A stretch of 64,000 bases of DNA. Origin: Oscillospiraceae bacterium. Lineage in GTDB: Bacteria > Bacillota > Clostridia > Oscillospirales > Ruminococcaceae. The notes below the pieces were generated by a model that had not been told where the DNA came from, made no database searches, and worked only from the letters and a program-made list of their open reading frames with translations. The stretch lies in assembly GCA_017550355.1 (NCBI GenBank), contig JAFZPL010000128.1, positions 24,516-88,515 of the forward strand, given 5' to 3'. The position numbers and the translations under genes are program-made. Of the stretch, positions 26,150 through 35,184 are shown one piece after another. Numbering within the stretch: the first letter of the stretch is position 1; each line of letters starts with the position of its first letter.

Positions 26150-28634
26150 ATCTCCGGTACCGGAGAAGCATGGCATTCCGGTTGCGTTTGTCGCGCTGGA
26201 TGCCGCACTCTTAGGCTTTGACAAGCTGTATAGCTATGCTGTATATACAGACTGGGGCAGCCGCCTCCGTCCGGGTATGCGGGCGGCGGTACCCTTTGGA
26301 ATGGGCAACCGCCGCCGCATTGCAATGGTGCTTTCCGTAAAGACAGTCGATCCGTCCGAACTGCCGGAGAATATGGAGTTAAAGCCTATTGCGGCGCTGC
26401 TGGATGAGGAGCCCGTCCTGACGCCGGAATTGCTGCACATTGTGGAATGGCTGCATGAGAACACGTTCTGCACTTGGTATGATGCGGTGCGTGCGGTGCT
26501 GCCGGGCGGTCTGCAGCTTCGGCTGGAGGAACGGTATATCCTGCTGCCCAGACCGGTCGGCGTTTCGCTGAACAAGGAGGAAGAGAATCTTTATCATCTT
26601 CTGGAGATTGCACAGACGGATTCCGAGAAGGATCAGCTGCTCAAGGCTGACAACGATGCGAAGAAAAAGAAGATGCTGGATGCGCTGGTGAACAAGGGAT
26701 GTCTGATCTCCATGACGGAGAGCAGGCAGCTTGTGCAGGACAAGACGCAGAAAACCGTCCGTCTGACCGACGCCTTTCTTGCGGATGAAACGCAGTTTTC
26801 TCCGACAGAGAAGCAGTGCCGCGTGATTCGTGTGCTGCGGGAATGCAGCTCGATGACTGCAAAGGAATGCGCCTATCAAGCCGGCACAACGGAGCTTGTC
26901 ATCAAGAATCTCGTCAAAAGCGGCATTGCCGAATACCGCGAGATCGAACTGCTGCGTGTACCGCGGGATGCAAAGCCGACCTGTTCGCCGGACGATACCG
27001 TCCTCTCGGAACAGCAGCAGGCAGCCTACGACGCTGCCGCAGAAACGATCCTCGCGAAAAAAGCCGCCGCATTTCTGCTGTACGGCGTGACGGGCAGCGG
27101 CAAGACAGCAGTCTTTGAAAAGCTCATCTCTCTGACGAGAAAGCAGGGGCGCACAGTCCTTCTGCTGATTCCGGAGATCTCGCTGACGCCGCAGGTCGTG
27201 CGGTATTTTGAATCCCGCTTCGGCAATGAGGTCGCGCTGATTCACAGCGGGCTTTCGCTTGCACAGCGGATGGATACCGACAAGCTGATTCGGCGCGGCG
27301 AAGTGGGCATCGTGATCGGAACGCGGAGCGCGGTGTTTGCGCCGCTTCCGGATCTCGGGCTCGTGATCCTCGACGAGGAGGGCGAGCATTCCTATAAATC
27401 GGAGCAGTCCCCGCGCTATCATGCCGCGGATGTGGCAAAGGCGCGGTGCAAGTACAACGGCGCCACGCTGATCCTTGCGTCGGCAACGCCCTCGCTGGAG
27501 AGCCGTTATCTTGCGGAACGCGGCGTATACAAAATGCTCCGCCTGACACAGCGGTACAATCAGGCACCGCTGCCGAAGGTCGATATCATTGATATGAACA
27601 CCGAGCGCATGAACGGCAACACAAGCGAATTTTCGTGTGCGCTTGCCGATGCGCTGCGGGACAATCTGCACCGCGGCGAACAGAGCATTCTGCTGCTGAA
27701 CCGGCGCGGCTATCATACGCTTTTGCAGTGTACCAAATGCTATGAACCGGTCTACTGCCCGAACTGCACCGTGCCGATGACCTACCACAAGGCGAACGGC
27801 TCGCTGCTCTGCCACTATTGCGGTCATGTCCAGCCGCCCGTGACTGCCTGCCCGAAATGCGGCAATCCGGGACTGCGGCAGATGGGTTTCGGCACGCAGA
27901 AGCTCGAGGAGAGCATCGCGGAGCTTTTGCCAAATGCACGGATCCTGCGCATGGATGCAGATACGACCATGACACGCACCTCGTATGAAAAGGGCTTCAT
28001 GGCGTTTGCAAACGGTGAATATGATATCCTTTGCGGCACGCAGATGATCGGCAAGGGGCTGGATTTCCCGAATGTCACGCTGGTCGGCGTATTATCCGTG
28101 GATAAGGCGCTCTATGCGGGCGATTTTCGCAGCTATGAGCGCACATTTTCACTGGTCACGCAGGTCGTGGGACGCGGCGGGCGCGGAAAGCGTCCGGGCA
28201 GGGCGATCCTTCAGACCTTCATGCCGGAGCATTATGTGCTGACGCTTGCCGCCGCACAGGATTATGACCGCTTTTACAGCGAGGAGATCGCACTCCGGCG
28301 GGCGCTGATGTTTCCGCCGATCTGCGATATCTGCGTGATCGGCTTTGCGAGTGTGCGGGAGGATCTTGCGATCCGTGCATCACTGCGCTTTTCGGAGATG
28401 CTGACACAGGCTGTGAAGGAAAGCGGGCTGAAGCTGCCGCTGCGTGTTCTGGGGCCGGTCGCTGCAAGCTACGGCAGACTGAACGGAAAATTTCGCCGCA
28501 GACTGCTGGTCAAGTGCAAGAATACGGCGGAGATGCGTGCGCTGATCCGCGGCGTGCTCGTGCAGGCATATGCAGACAAGGCGTTCATGAATGTTTCGCT
28601 GTTTGCGGACATGAACGGCGACTGCGGAGTATAA
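26136..28634 (+). CDS. priA: Primosomal replication protein N' (PriA helicase)
   Basis: Walker A GVTGSGKT, DEEGEHSYK (DExH-like). Cys-rich Zn region CTKCYEPVYCPNCTVPMTYHKANGSLLCHYCGH...CPKCG. The start is taken at MTQTESP, overlapping the rpoZ end. Confidence 0.9.
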   Translation: MTQTESPVPEKHGIPVAFVALDAALLGFDKLYSYAVYTDWGSRLRPGMRAAVPFGMGNRRRIAMVLSVKTVDPSELPENMELKPIAALLDEEPVLTPELLHIVEWLHENTFCTWYDAVRAVLPGGLQLRLEERYILLPRPVGVSLNKEEENLYHLLEIAQTDSEKDQLLKADNDAKKKKMLDALVNKGCLISMTESRQLVQDKTQKTVRLTDAFLADETQFSPTEKQCRVIRVLRECSSMTAKECAYQAGTTELVIKNLVKSGIAEYREIELLRVPRDAKPTCSPDDTVLSEQQQAAYDAAAETILAKKAAAFLLYGVTGSGKTAVFEKLISLTRKQGRTVLLLIPEISLTPQVVRYFESRFGNEVALIHSGLSLAQRMDTDKLIRRGEVGIVIGTRSAVFAPLPDLGLVILDEEGEHSYKSEQSPRYHAADVAKARCKYNGATLILASATPSLESRYLAERGVYKMLRLTQRYNQAPLPKVDIIDMNTERMNGNTSEFSCALADALRDNLHRGEQSILLLNRRGYHTLLQCTKCYEPVYCPNCTVPMTYHKANGSLLCHYCGHVQPPVTACPKCGNPGLRQMGFGTQKLEESIAELLPNARILRMDADTTMTRTSYEKGFMAFANGEYDILCGTQMIGKGLDFPNVTLVGVLSVDKALYAGDFRSYERTFSLVTQVVGRGGRGKRPGRAILQTFMPEHYVLTLAAAQDYDRFYSEEIALRRALMFPPICDICVIGFASVREDLAIRASLRFSEMLTQAVKESGLKLPLRVLGPVAASYGRLNGKFRRRLLVKCKNTAEMRALIRGVLVQAYADKAFMNVSLFADMNGDCGV

Positions 28635-28647
28635 AGGAGCCGATCCA

Positions 28648-28872
28648 ATGGGATTTTTACCGAATAAGAACAATAAGAACCCGCGCTTCGTGGAGATCTA
28701 TTCGCAGTCGGTCGCGGGAGACTGCCGCATTTTTGTGGATACTGTGACGGGGGTGAATTATTTCTGGCGGCGTGAAAACTCCTATGCTGCCGGATTGACT
28801 GTCATGGTGAATGCAGACGGAAAGCCGGTCGTGACACCGCCGGAGGTGCTTGCGCAGTTTCACAGCAGATGA
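28648..28872 (+). CDS. Small hypothetical protein (74 aa; DUF6440-like by recollection)
   Basis: ORF with RBS AAAGGAG upstream. Coupled to the next ORF (ATGA at 28869-28872). Confidence 0.55.
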   Translation: MGFLPNKNNKNPRFVEIYSQSVAGDCRIFVDTVTGVNYFWRRENSYAAGLTVMVNADGKPVVTPPEVLAQFHSR

Positions 28873-29810
28873 AGCTGTTTAAGTTAACGAAAAAACAAGC
28901 CATCCGGGACATTATCATACTGGTGCTCCTGCTTCTGATCGGCTGGGGCGTGCTGTGCTTTTATGCTGCGCGGCACTGGAAACCCGCAGAGATTACGGTA
29001 CACACGCGGCAGATGCCGGAGAATCCGTACATCGTGCCGGCGGGCGATACGCAGGAAACGCGTATTCTGCCGCCGGAGGGCTACACTCGTATTCCCGCAG
29101 CGGAGGACAGCTTCCTCCATTTCATGCGGAAGCAGCCGCTTTATCCGGACGGCAGCGATATTTATATGTATGACGGCACGAGCGAATCCGGCGTGATGGC
29201 GGCAGCGGTCTATCAGATTCCGCTCGGAAACGAAGGCTATCAGCAGTGCGCGGATTCTATTATCCGGCTCTGGAGCACCTATTTCCGCGAAACCGGTCAG
29301 ACGGAAAAGCTGATGTTTCACCTCACAAACGGCATGGAATGCGGCTACGATACATTCCGGAAGGGAATGCGCGTACTGGCAGTGCTTGATTGGTCAATGT
29401 GGATGCCGCTTGCACTGCCGGCGGAGGATTCCGACCAGCTCTTCAACGACTGGCTCATGACCGTGATGCGCTATGCGGGAACAATTTCGCTTTACGCCGA
29501 ATCGCAGACGATTTCCGCAAAGGATGCACACGCGGGCGACATCATCTGTCATCCGGATTCGCCGGGACACGTTGTCGTGATTGTGGATGAAGCGGAAAAC
29601 GCAGCCGGTGAACGCTGCTTTCTGCTCGCGCAGGGATGGATCCCCGCACAAAGCTGTCACATTTTCTATAATCAGCAGGAAAACCCGTGGATCACAGAAG
29701 AAATGCTCTCACAGCCGTTGATTCAGACGGCTCCATGTACATTCCAGGCTGATGAACTGCGCCGCTGGGGAGAGGGCTTCCCGAACGCGGCAGACAAAGG
29801 AGAATCATAA
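28869..29810 (+). CDS. Membrane-anchored hypothetical protein (possibly DUF4846-like)
   Basis: N-terminal TM IIILVLLLLIGWGVLCFYAA. Conserved-looking GDIICHPDSPGHVVVIVDEAEN. The stop overlaps the def start. Confidence 0.6.
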   Translation: MKLFKLTKKQAIRDIIILVLLLLIGWGVLCFYAARHWKPAEITVHTRQMPENPYIVPAGDTQETRILPPEGYTRIPAAEDSFLHFMRKQPLYPDGSDIYMYDGTSESGVMAAAVYQIPLGNEGYQQCADSIIRLWSTYFRETGQTEKLMFHLTNGMECGYDTFRKGMRVLAVLDWSMWMPLALPAEDSDQLFNDWLMTVMRYAGTISLYAESQTISAKDAHAGDIICHPDSPGHVVVIVDEAENAAGERCFLLAQGWIPAQSCHIFYNQQENPWITEEMLSQPLIQTAPCTFQADELRRWGEGFPNAADKGES

Positions 29811-30280
29811 TGGCAATTCGCAAAATTGTGAAAGACGGCGATCCGGTGCTGCATAAGATGTGCAGACCGGTCGAAAAATTCGACGAACGCTTTCAGCAGC
29901 TGATCGACGATATGATCGACACGCTGCGCGATTCCGGCGGCGTGGGACTCGCAGCGCCGCAGGTCGGCGTTCTGCGCAGAGTGTTCATCATGATCCTGGA
30001 GGAAAACGGCGATGCAATCGTCGCGGTGAATCCGGAGATCGTCAAGACGAGCATCAAGAAAATCCGCGATGTGGAAGGCTGTCTCTCCGTTCCGAACAAG
30101 TGGGGTTATGTCACGCGTCCGGAGAAAGTAATCCTGCGTGCGCAGGACCGCAACGGCGAGACCTATGAGCTGAAGCTCCGTGAGCTCGGCGCACGCTGCG
30201 CCTGCCACGAGAACGATCATCTGAACGGCCATTTGTTCACGGAACTGATCGAGGAGGTCTATATTCCGGAGAAGGAATGA
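29810..30280 (+). CDS. def: Peptide deformylase
   Basis: Motifs GVGLAAPQVG, EGCLSVP, HENDHLNG. Confidence 0.95.
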   Translation: MAIRKIVKDGDPVLHKMCRPVEKFDERFQQLIDDMIDTLRDSGGVGLAAPQVGVLRRVFIMILEENGDAIVAVNPEIVKTSIKKIRDVEGCLSVPNKWGYVTRPEKVILRAQDRNGETYELKLRELGARCACHENDHLNGHLFTELIEEVYIPEKE

Positions 30281-30304
30281 TCGCTGCACGAACAGGAGGT
30301 CATC

Positions 30305-31240
30305 ATGAAAATAGTTTTTATGGGTACACCGGATTTTTCCGTTCCAACCTTACAGACTTTGCAGGAATCGGTACACGAAGTGCAGGCAGTTTTTACGCAG
30401 CCCGACAAACCAAAGGGCCGCGGCAAGAAGGTGAAGCCGACGCCGGTCAAGGAGCAGGCACTGGAATACGGTCTGCCGGTCTATCAGCCGGTATCTCTGC
30501 GTTCCGGTGAGGATGCAGAGCAGGCATTGGCAACGCTGCGGGAGCTGAACCCCGACCTCATCATTGTCATTGCATACGGGCAGATCCTGCCGAAGGAAGT
30601 TCTGGAGCTTCCGCGGTACGGCTGCATCAATCTCCATGCGTCGCTGCTTCCGCGCTGGCGGGGGGCGGCACCGATTCAGCGTGCGATCCTTGCGGGAGAC
30701 ACCATGACCGGCGTGACTGCCATGCAGATGGCGGAGGGGCTGGACACGGGCGACATGCTCCACAGCATCCGCACGCCGATCACCGAAGACGAAACGGCGG
30801 ATATGCTGCATGACCGCCTGAAATGGATTGCGGCGCAGGTCACGCGTGAAACGCTCCTGCTGCTGGAAACGGGCAGACTGACGCCCGTGCCGCAGAACGA
30901 CGCGGAATCCTGCACGGCAGCGAAGATCACCAAGGAGATGAGCCGCCTCGATTTCACGCGCACGGCAAAGGAGATCGACCGCACGATCCGCGGCATCACA
31001 GGCTTTGCGTTGCTGCGCGGCAAGCGTGTCAAGCTGCATCAGTCGAAATGCCTCGCGCTCAACTCTGTGGAGCCGGCGGGAACAGTCGTCGATGTACGGA
31101 CACTGAGTTTTGTCTGCGGTGACGGCGGATGTGTTCAACCGCTTGTGATCCAGGCAGAGGGCGGTAAAGCAATGAAAACGGCGGATTTCCTGCGCGGATT
31201 CTCTGTGGCGGAAGGCGATAAATTCGAGGCTGCGGAATAA
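30305..31240 (+). CDS. fmt: Methionyl-tRNA formyltransferase
   Basis: MKIVFMGTPDFSVP, INLHASLLPRWRGAAPIQRAI. It follows def. Confidence 0.95.
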   Translation: MKIVFMGTPDFSVPTLQTLQESVHEVQAVFTQPDKPKGRGKKVKPTPVKEQALEYGLPVYQPVSLRSGEDAEQALATLRELNPDLIIVIAYGQILPKEVLELPRYGCINLHASLLPRWRGAAPIQRAILAGDTMTGVTAMQMAEGLDTGDMLHSIRTPITEDETADMLHDRLKWIAAQVTRETLLLLETGRLTPVPQNDAESCTAAKITKEMSRLDFTRTAKEIDRTIRGITGFALLRGKRVKLHQSKCLALNSVEPAGTVVDVRTLSFVCGDGGCVQPLVIQAEGGKAMKTADFLRGFSVAEGDKFEAAE

Positions 31241-31304
31241 AACGCGTCATAAAACAGCAGAATATGCATAAAATAGCATGGATGTTCCGAAAGGAGAATG
31301 CACA

Positions 31305-31970
31305 ATGCAATGGATCCTGATCATTATTTCTCTGCTGATTGCAGCAGGTGTGACGATCTACATGAAGTCCACCGAAAAGAAATACAAGGAAGTGAAAAAT
31401 CAGAGCGGTCTGACGGGCGCGGAAGCGGCACGGCGGATGCTTGAGGCAAACAACATTTATAATGTGCAGATCGAGATGCTCAACGCAGACGACGGCGACC
31501 ATTTTGATTCGGCAACGAATACGATCCGTCTTTCCAAGGATTATTTCAACGGCACATCTGTCGCGGCGGTTGGTGTGGCAATGCACGAAGCCGGTCACGC
31601 TTTGCAGCATGCCTCGAACTACGCGCCCCTGCGGATCCGCCATGCGGCAGTCCAGACGACAAACGTCTCCTCAACGCTCTCTTATTTCCTGATTCTGCTC
31701 GGCATCATTTTCAGCTCGTATGCGCTGATGACGGTCGGCATCTGGTTCTTTGTTGCGGTCGTGGCGTTCCAGCTGATCACACTGCCGGTGGAATTCAACG
31801 CAAGCCGCCGGGCGGTTATGTCGATGCAGAGCATGGGTATGTTGACGGCTGAAGAACAGAAGGGCGCGCGCAAGGTGCTCACTGCGGCAGCGCTCACCTA
31901 TGTGGCGGCACTGCTGATCTCGGTGCTGCAGCTGATCCGTCTGCTGCTGATCCGGGGTTCCCGCGAATGA
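31305..31970 (+). CDS. Zinc metallopeptidase (Zn_peptidase_2 / YpfJ-unrelated neutral Zn peptidase family)
   Basis: HEAGHALQH motif with an N-terminal TM and C-terminal TMs. ATG 31305 is 7 nt after AAAGGAG. Confidence 0.8.
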   Translation: MQWILIIISLLIAAGVTIYMKSTEKKYKEVKNQSGLTGAEAARRMLEANNIYNVQIEMLNADDGDHFDSATNTIRLSKDYFNGTSVAAVGVAMHEAGHALQHASNYAPLRIRHAAVQTTNVSSTLSYFLILLGIIFSSYALMTVGIWFFVAVVAFQLITLPVEFNASRRAVMSMQSMGMLTAEEQKGARKVLTAAALTYVAALLISVLQLIRLLLIRGSRE

Positions 31971-33256
31971 CCGGATTGGCGCCGCGTCTCGCCTGTGTGC
32001 AGACGCTGATGCGCGTGGTGCAGTCGCAGAGCTACAGCAATCTCGCGCTCGACGCCGCGCTCCGTTCGCTGGAGGAAAGCGACGCAAGGCTTTGCACCGC
32101 AATCTTTCAGGGAACGCTTGAACGGCTCATCACTGTGGACGCCTGCATTGCAGCACACGGAAAGCGGCCGGTGGAGAAATTCGATCTGCCGGTGCTGTGT
32201 GTCCTGCGCTGCGGCATCTATGAACTATTATATATGCATACGCCTGAATCGGCGGCGGTGAATCTCTGGACGGAGTGTGTGAAAAAGCTCCGGAAGACGA
32301 GTGCCGCCGGTACGGTGAATGCGATCCTGCGGGGATTTCTCCGCGGCGGGAAGCAGATTCCTCTGCCGAAGGCGGAGACAGCGGCGATGTCGGTGCAGTA
32401 TTCTGTGCCGGAGGAGCTCGTGCAGATGCTGCTTGCCGAAAATGACCGCGAAACGGTCACGGCGTTCCTTGAGGATGCACAGCGTGTGCCGCCGGTTTAT
32501 GTGCGGCGCAATCCGCTCAGCTGCACCGAAGAGGAACTGCTCGGGCAATATGCGCTGGAACCCGTACCGGAGATTCCGCTTGCGTACCGCGCAAAGGCGG
32601 GTGCACGGTCTTTGACAAAGCAGACCGCGGGCAGCTTTCATGTGCAGGATCTTGCATCGCAGCTCTGCTGTCTGGCGCTGGATGCACAGCCCGGCGAAAC
32701 GGTGCTGGATGTCTGTGCGGCACCCGGCGGCAAGACGTTCACGATCGCCGAAATGATGCAGAACAAGGGAAGGATCTTCGCCTATGATCTGCACGAGAAC
32801 CGCGTAAAGCTGATTCGGAGCGGTGCAAAGGCGCTCGGGCTGACGATGATCTCGGCGGCGGCGGGTGATGCACGCGGTACGGAAAAGCCGCTTGCGGACA
32901 GGGTGCTCTGTGATGTGCCGTGTTCGGGATACGGCGTGATCCGGAGAAAACCGGAGATCCGCTACAAATCCCTCGCGGAGACTGCCGGACTGCCGGAGAT
33001 CCAGTATGAGATCCTGGAGGCGGCAGCAAAGGCAGTGAAGCCGGGCGGCGTGCTGGTCTATTCGACCTGTACGGTGCTGAAACGGGAAAACGAAGCGGTC
33101 GCGGAACGGTTCCTTGCGGCGCATCCGGAATTTCAGCCGGAAAAGCCGTGGCAGGCGTATCCGCAGCTGCATGAATATGCAAAGGACATGACCACGCTGT
33201 TTCCGCAGATGCTCGGAAGCGACGGCTTCTTCATCTGCAAAATGCGGCGGGCATAA
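31967..33256 (+). CDS. rsmB: 16S rRNA (cytosine967-C5)-methyltransferase
   Basis: N-terminal NusB-like part. VLDVCAAPGGKT, DVPCSGYGVIRRKPE, VYSTCT. Confidence 0.9.
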   Translation: MTGLAPRLACVQTLMRVVQSQSYSNLALDAALRSLEESDARLCTAIFQGTLERLITVDACIAAHGKRPVEKFDLPVLCVLRCGIYELLYMHTPESAAVNLWTECVKKLRKTSAAGTVNAILRGFLRGGKQIPLPKAETAAMSVQYSVPEELVQMLLAENDRETVTAFLEDAQRVPPVYVRRNPLSCTEEELLGQYALEPVPEIPLAYRAKAGARSLTKQTAGSFHVQDLASQLCCLALDAQPGETVLDVCAAPGGKTFTIAEMMQNKGRIFAYDLHENRVKLIRSGAKALGLTMISAAAGDARGTEKPLADRVLCDVPCSGYGVIRRKPEIRYKSLAETAGLPEIQYEILEAAAKAVKPGGVLVYSTCTVLKRENEAVAERFLAAHPEFQPEKPWQAYPQLHEYAKDMTTLFPQMLGSDGFFICKMRRA

Positions 33257-33271
33257 TACATAAAACGGGAG

Positions 33272-34366
33272 GTGCGGGCTGTGCCGGAAAAAATAGATCT
33301 GCTTGGGCTGCTGCCGGAACAGATCGCAGAACACATGAAGGAAATGGGCGCACCGGCATTCCGGGCGAAGCAGATCTTCCGCTGGATCCATGTGCGGCGG
33401 GTGTTTGATTTCGCCGAAATGACGGACATTTCTAAACAGTTTCAATCTGAGCTGAATCAGCGATTTTATATAAACCTCCCAAAGATTGAACAAACACTTG
33501 CATCTTGTGTGGATGATACTGTAAAATATCTATGTAGGCTCTCTGACGGGAGTGCCGTGGAGACTGTCCGCATGGTCTATCACCACGGAAACACCGCCTG
33601 CATCTCCACACAGGTGGGCTGCAAAATGGGCTGCAAATTCTGTGCGTCCGCACCGCTCGGGTTCATCCGGAACCTGACGCCGGGCGAGATGCTCGGGCAG
33701 ATCTATGCGGCAGATTCGCAGTTCCCCGAAGATGACCGCATCAGCGGCATCGTGCTGATGGGAATCGGAGAGCCCCTTGACAACTACGACAATGTGATGC
33801 AGCTTTTGCGGCTGCTCTCGCATAAAGACGGGCGGGGCATGAGCCTGCGCCACGCGGCACTGTCCACCTGCGGTCTCGTTCCGCAGATCCGGCGGCTTGC
33901 CGAGGAAAAATTTCCGCTGACGCTTTCGGTCTCGCTGCATGCCGCAGACGACAAAAAGCGGAGCGAGCTGATGCCGGTCAACCGGCGTTATCCGCTGGAC
34001 GAACTGCTTTTGGCATGCGGAGACTATTTCAGACAGACAGGCAGGAGAGTGACATTTGAATATGCCGTGATCGCCGGCGAAAACGATACAAAGAAGGCGG
34101 CGCGGCAGCTCGGGAAACGGCTGAGACTGGTGTTTCCGGGGCAGCGTCCGCATGTGAATCTTATCCCGGTCAATCCGGTTGACGGAACGGGCTTTACGGC
34201 GGGCAGCGCACAGGCGTTTCAGCGTTTGCTGGAGGCGGAGGGGATCAATGCCACGGTGCGCAGAACGCTCGGAGAGGACATCAAGGCAGCTTGCGGTCAG
34301 CTCAGGCGCGATACGATAGAGAAGAAAAGGGCGGTGAACGGCATTGAAAGCATATCAGGGCAGTGA
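33272..34366 (+). CDS. rlmN: 23S rRNA/tRNA (adenine2503-C2)-methyltransferase, radical SAM
   Basis: CKMGCKFCAS (CxxxCxxC), GIGEPLDNYD, ACGQL. GTG 33272 or GTG 33281 are possible starts; the latter is 8 nt after GGGAGG. Confidence 0.9.
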   Translation: MRAVPEKIDLLGLLPEQIAEHMKEMGAPAFRAKQIFRWIHVRRVFDFAEMTDISKQFQSELNQRFYINLPKIEQTLASCVDDTVKYLCRLSDGSAVETVRMVYHHGNTACISTQVGCKMGCKFCASAPLGFIRNLTPGEMLGQIYAADSQFPEDDRISGIVLMGIGEPLDNYDNVMQLLRLLSHKDGRGMSLRHAALSTCGLVPQIRRLAEEKFPLTLSVSLHAADDKKRSELMPVNRRYPLDELLLACGDYFRQTGRRVTFEYAVIAGENDTKKAARQLGKRLRLVFPGQRPHVNLIPVNPVDGTGFTAGSAQAFQRLLEAEGINATVRRTLGEDIKAACGQLRRDTIEKKRAVNGIESISGQ

Positions 34367-35078
34367 CATCGGAAAAATACGTGCAGAGAATCAGGACAGC
34401 CTTGCGAGCAAATGCTATGAAGACGGGCTGTTTGCACTGGTCTGCGACGGCATGGGCGGCATGCTCAGCGGAAGTGCCGCGAGCAGCGGCGCGATCTTAG
34501 CGGCTGCACAGCTCTTTGACGAGCGGTATCAGACAGGCATGGAGAACAACGCGCTCTGCGATCTGCTGCGGGAATGTGCTGCGGCAGCGAACAAAGAGGT
34601 CTTCCGGATGTCTGTGGAGAGCGGCTTCCCCGGCAGCATGGGGACAACGCTTGTCGGTATTTTCATGCGCCATTCGCACTGCTGCATCGTAAACGTGGGC
34701 GATTCCAGAGCATATCTGCTTCCCGCAGACGGCAGCATCCGTCAGCTGACCACGGATCACACCTTTGTGCAGCACCTCTATGAGCAGGGGGAGATCACCG
34801 CAGAGGAACGCATGACACATGAGCGGCGCAATGAGCTCACCCGTGCGATCGGTGTGCAGAAGAGCGTGCTGGTCGATACATTCTGTATGGAGATGGCGGA
34901 CGGAGACAGGATTTTGCTTTGTTCGGACGGTCTTTACGGAATGGTCAGCGAGGAGCGCATGGCAGAGTTGATCAATCATACAGAGCCGGAACAGGTTCCG
35001 GAGGAATGCATCCGCGAAGCAAACGAAAACGGCGGCAGAGACAACATCACGCTGATTCTCGCCGTGCGGGATGCATAA
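34344..35078 (+). CDS. stp: PP2C-family Ser/Thr phosphatase (Stp/PrpC)
   Basis: NQDS, VCDGMGG, GDSRAY, SDGL and GGRDNIT motifs. It lies upstream of the kinase. Confidence 0.9.
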   Translation: MKAYQGSDIGKIRAENQDSLASKCYEDGLFALVCDGMGGMLSGSAASSGAILAAAQLFDERYQTGMENNALCDLLRECAAAANKEVFRMSVESGFPGSMGTTLVGIFMRHSHCCIVNVGDSRAYLLPADGSIRQLTTDHTFVQHLYEQGEITAEERMTHERRNELTRAIGVQKSVLVDTFCMEMADGDRILLCSDGLYGMVSEERMAELINHTEPEQVPEECIREANENGGRDNITLILAVRDA

Positions 35079-35184
35079 CACAAAAACCAAATGTTTGAGT
35101 TCACGTCCTGCGGAACTGCGGGACGGTTGATAGATTTTTGAAGCTGAGTTTGCCGGGGACTTTCTGCCGGCACGGAGGGTCGAG

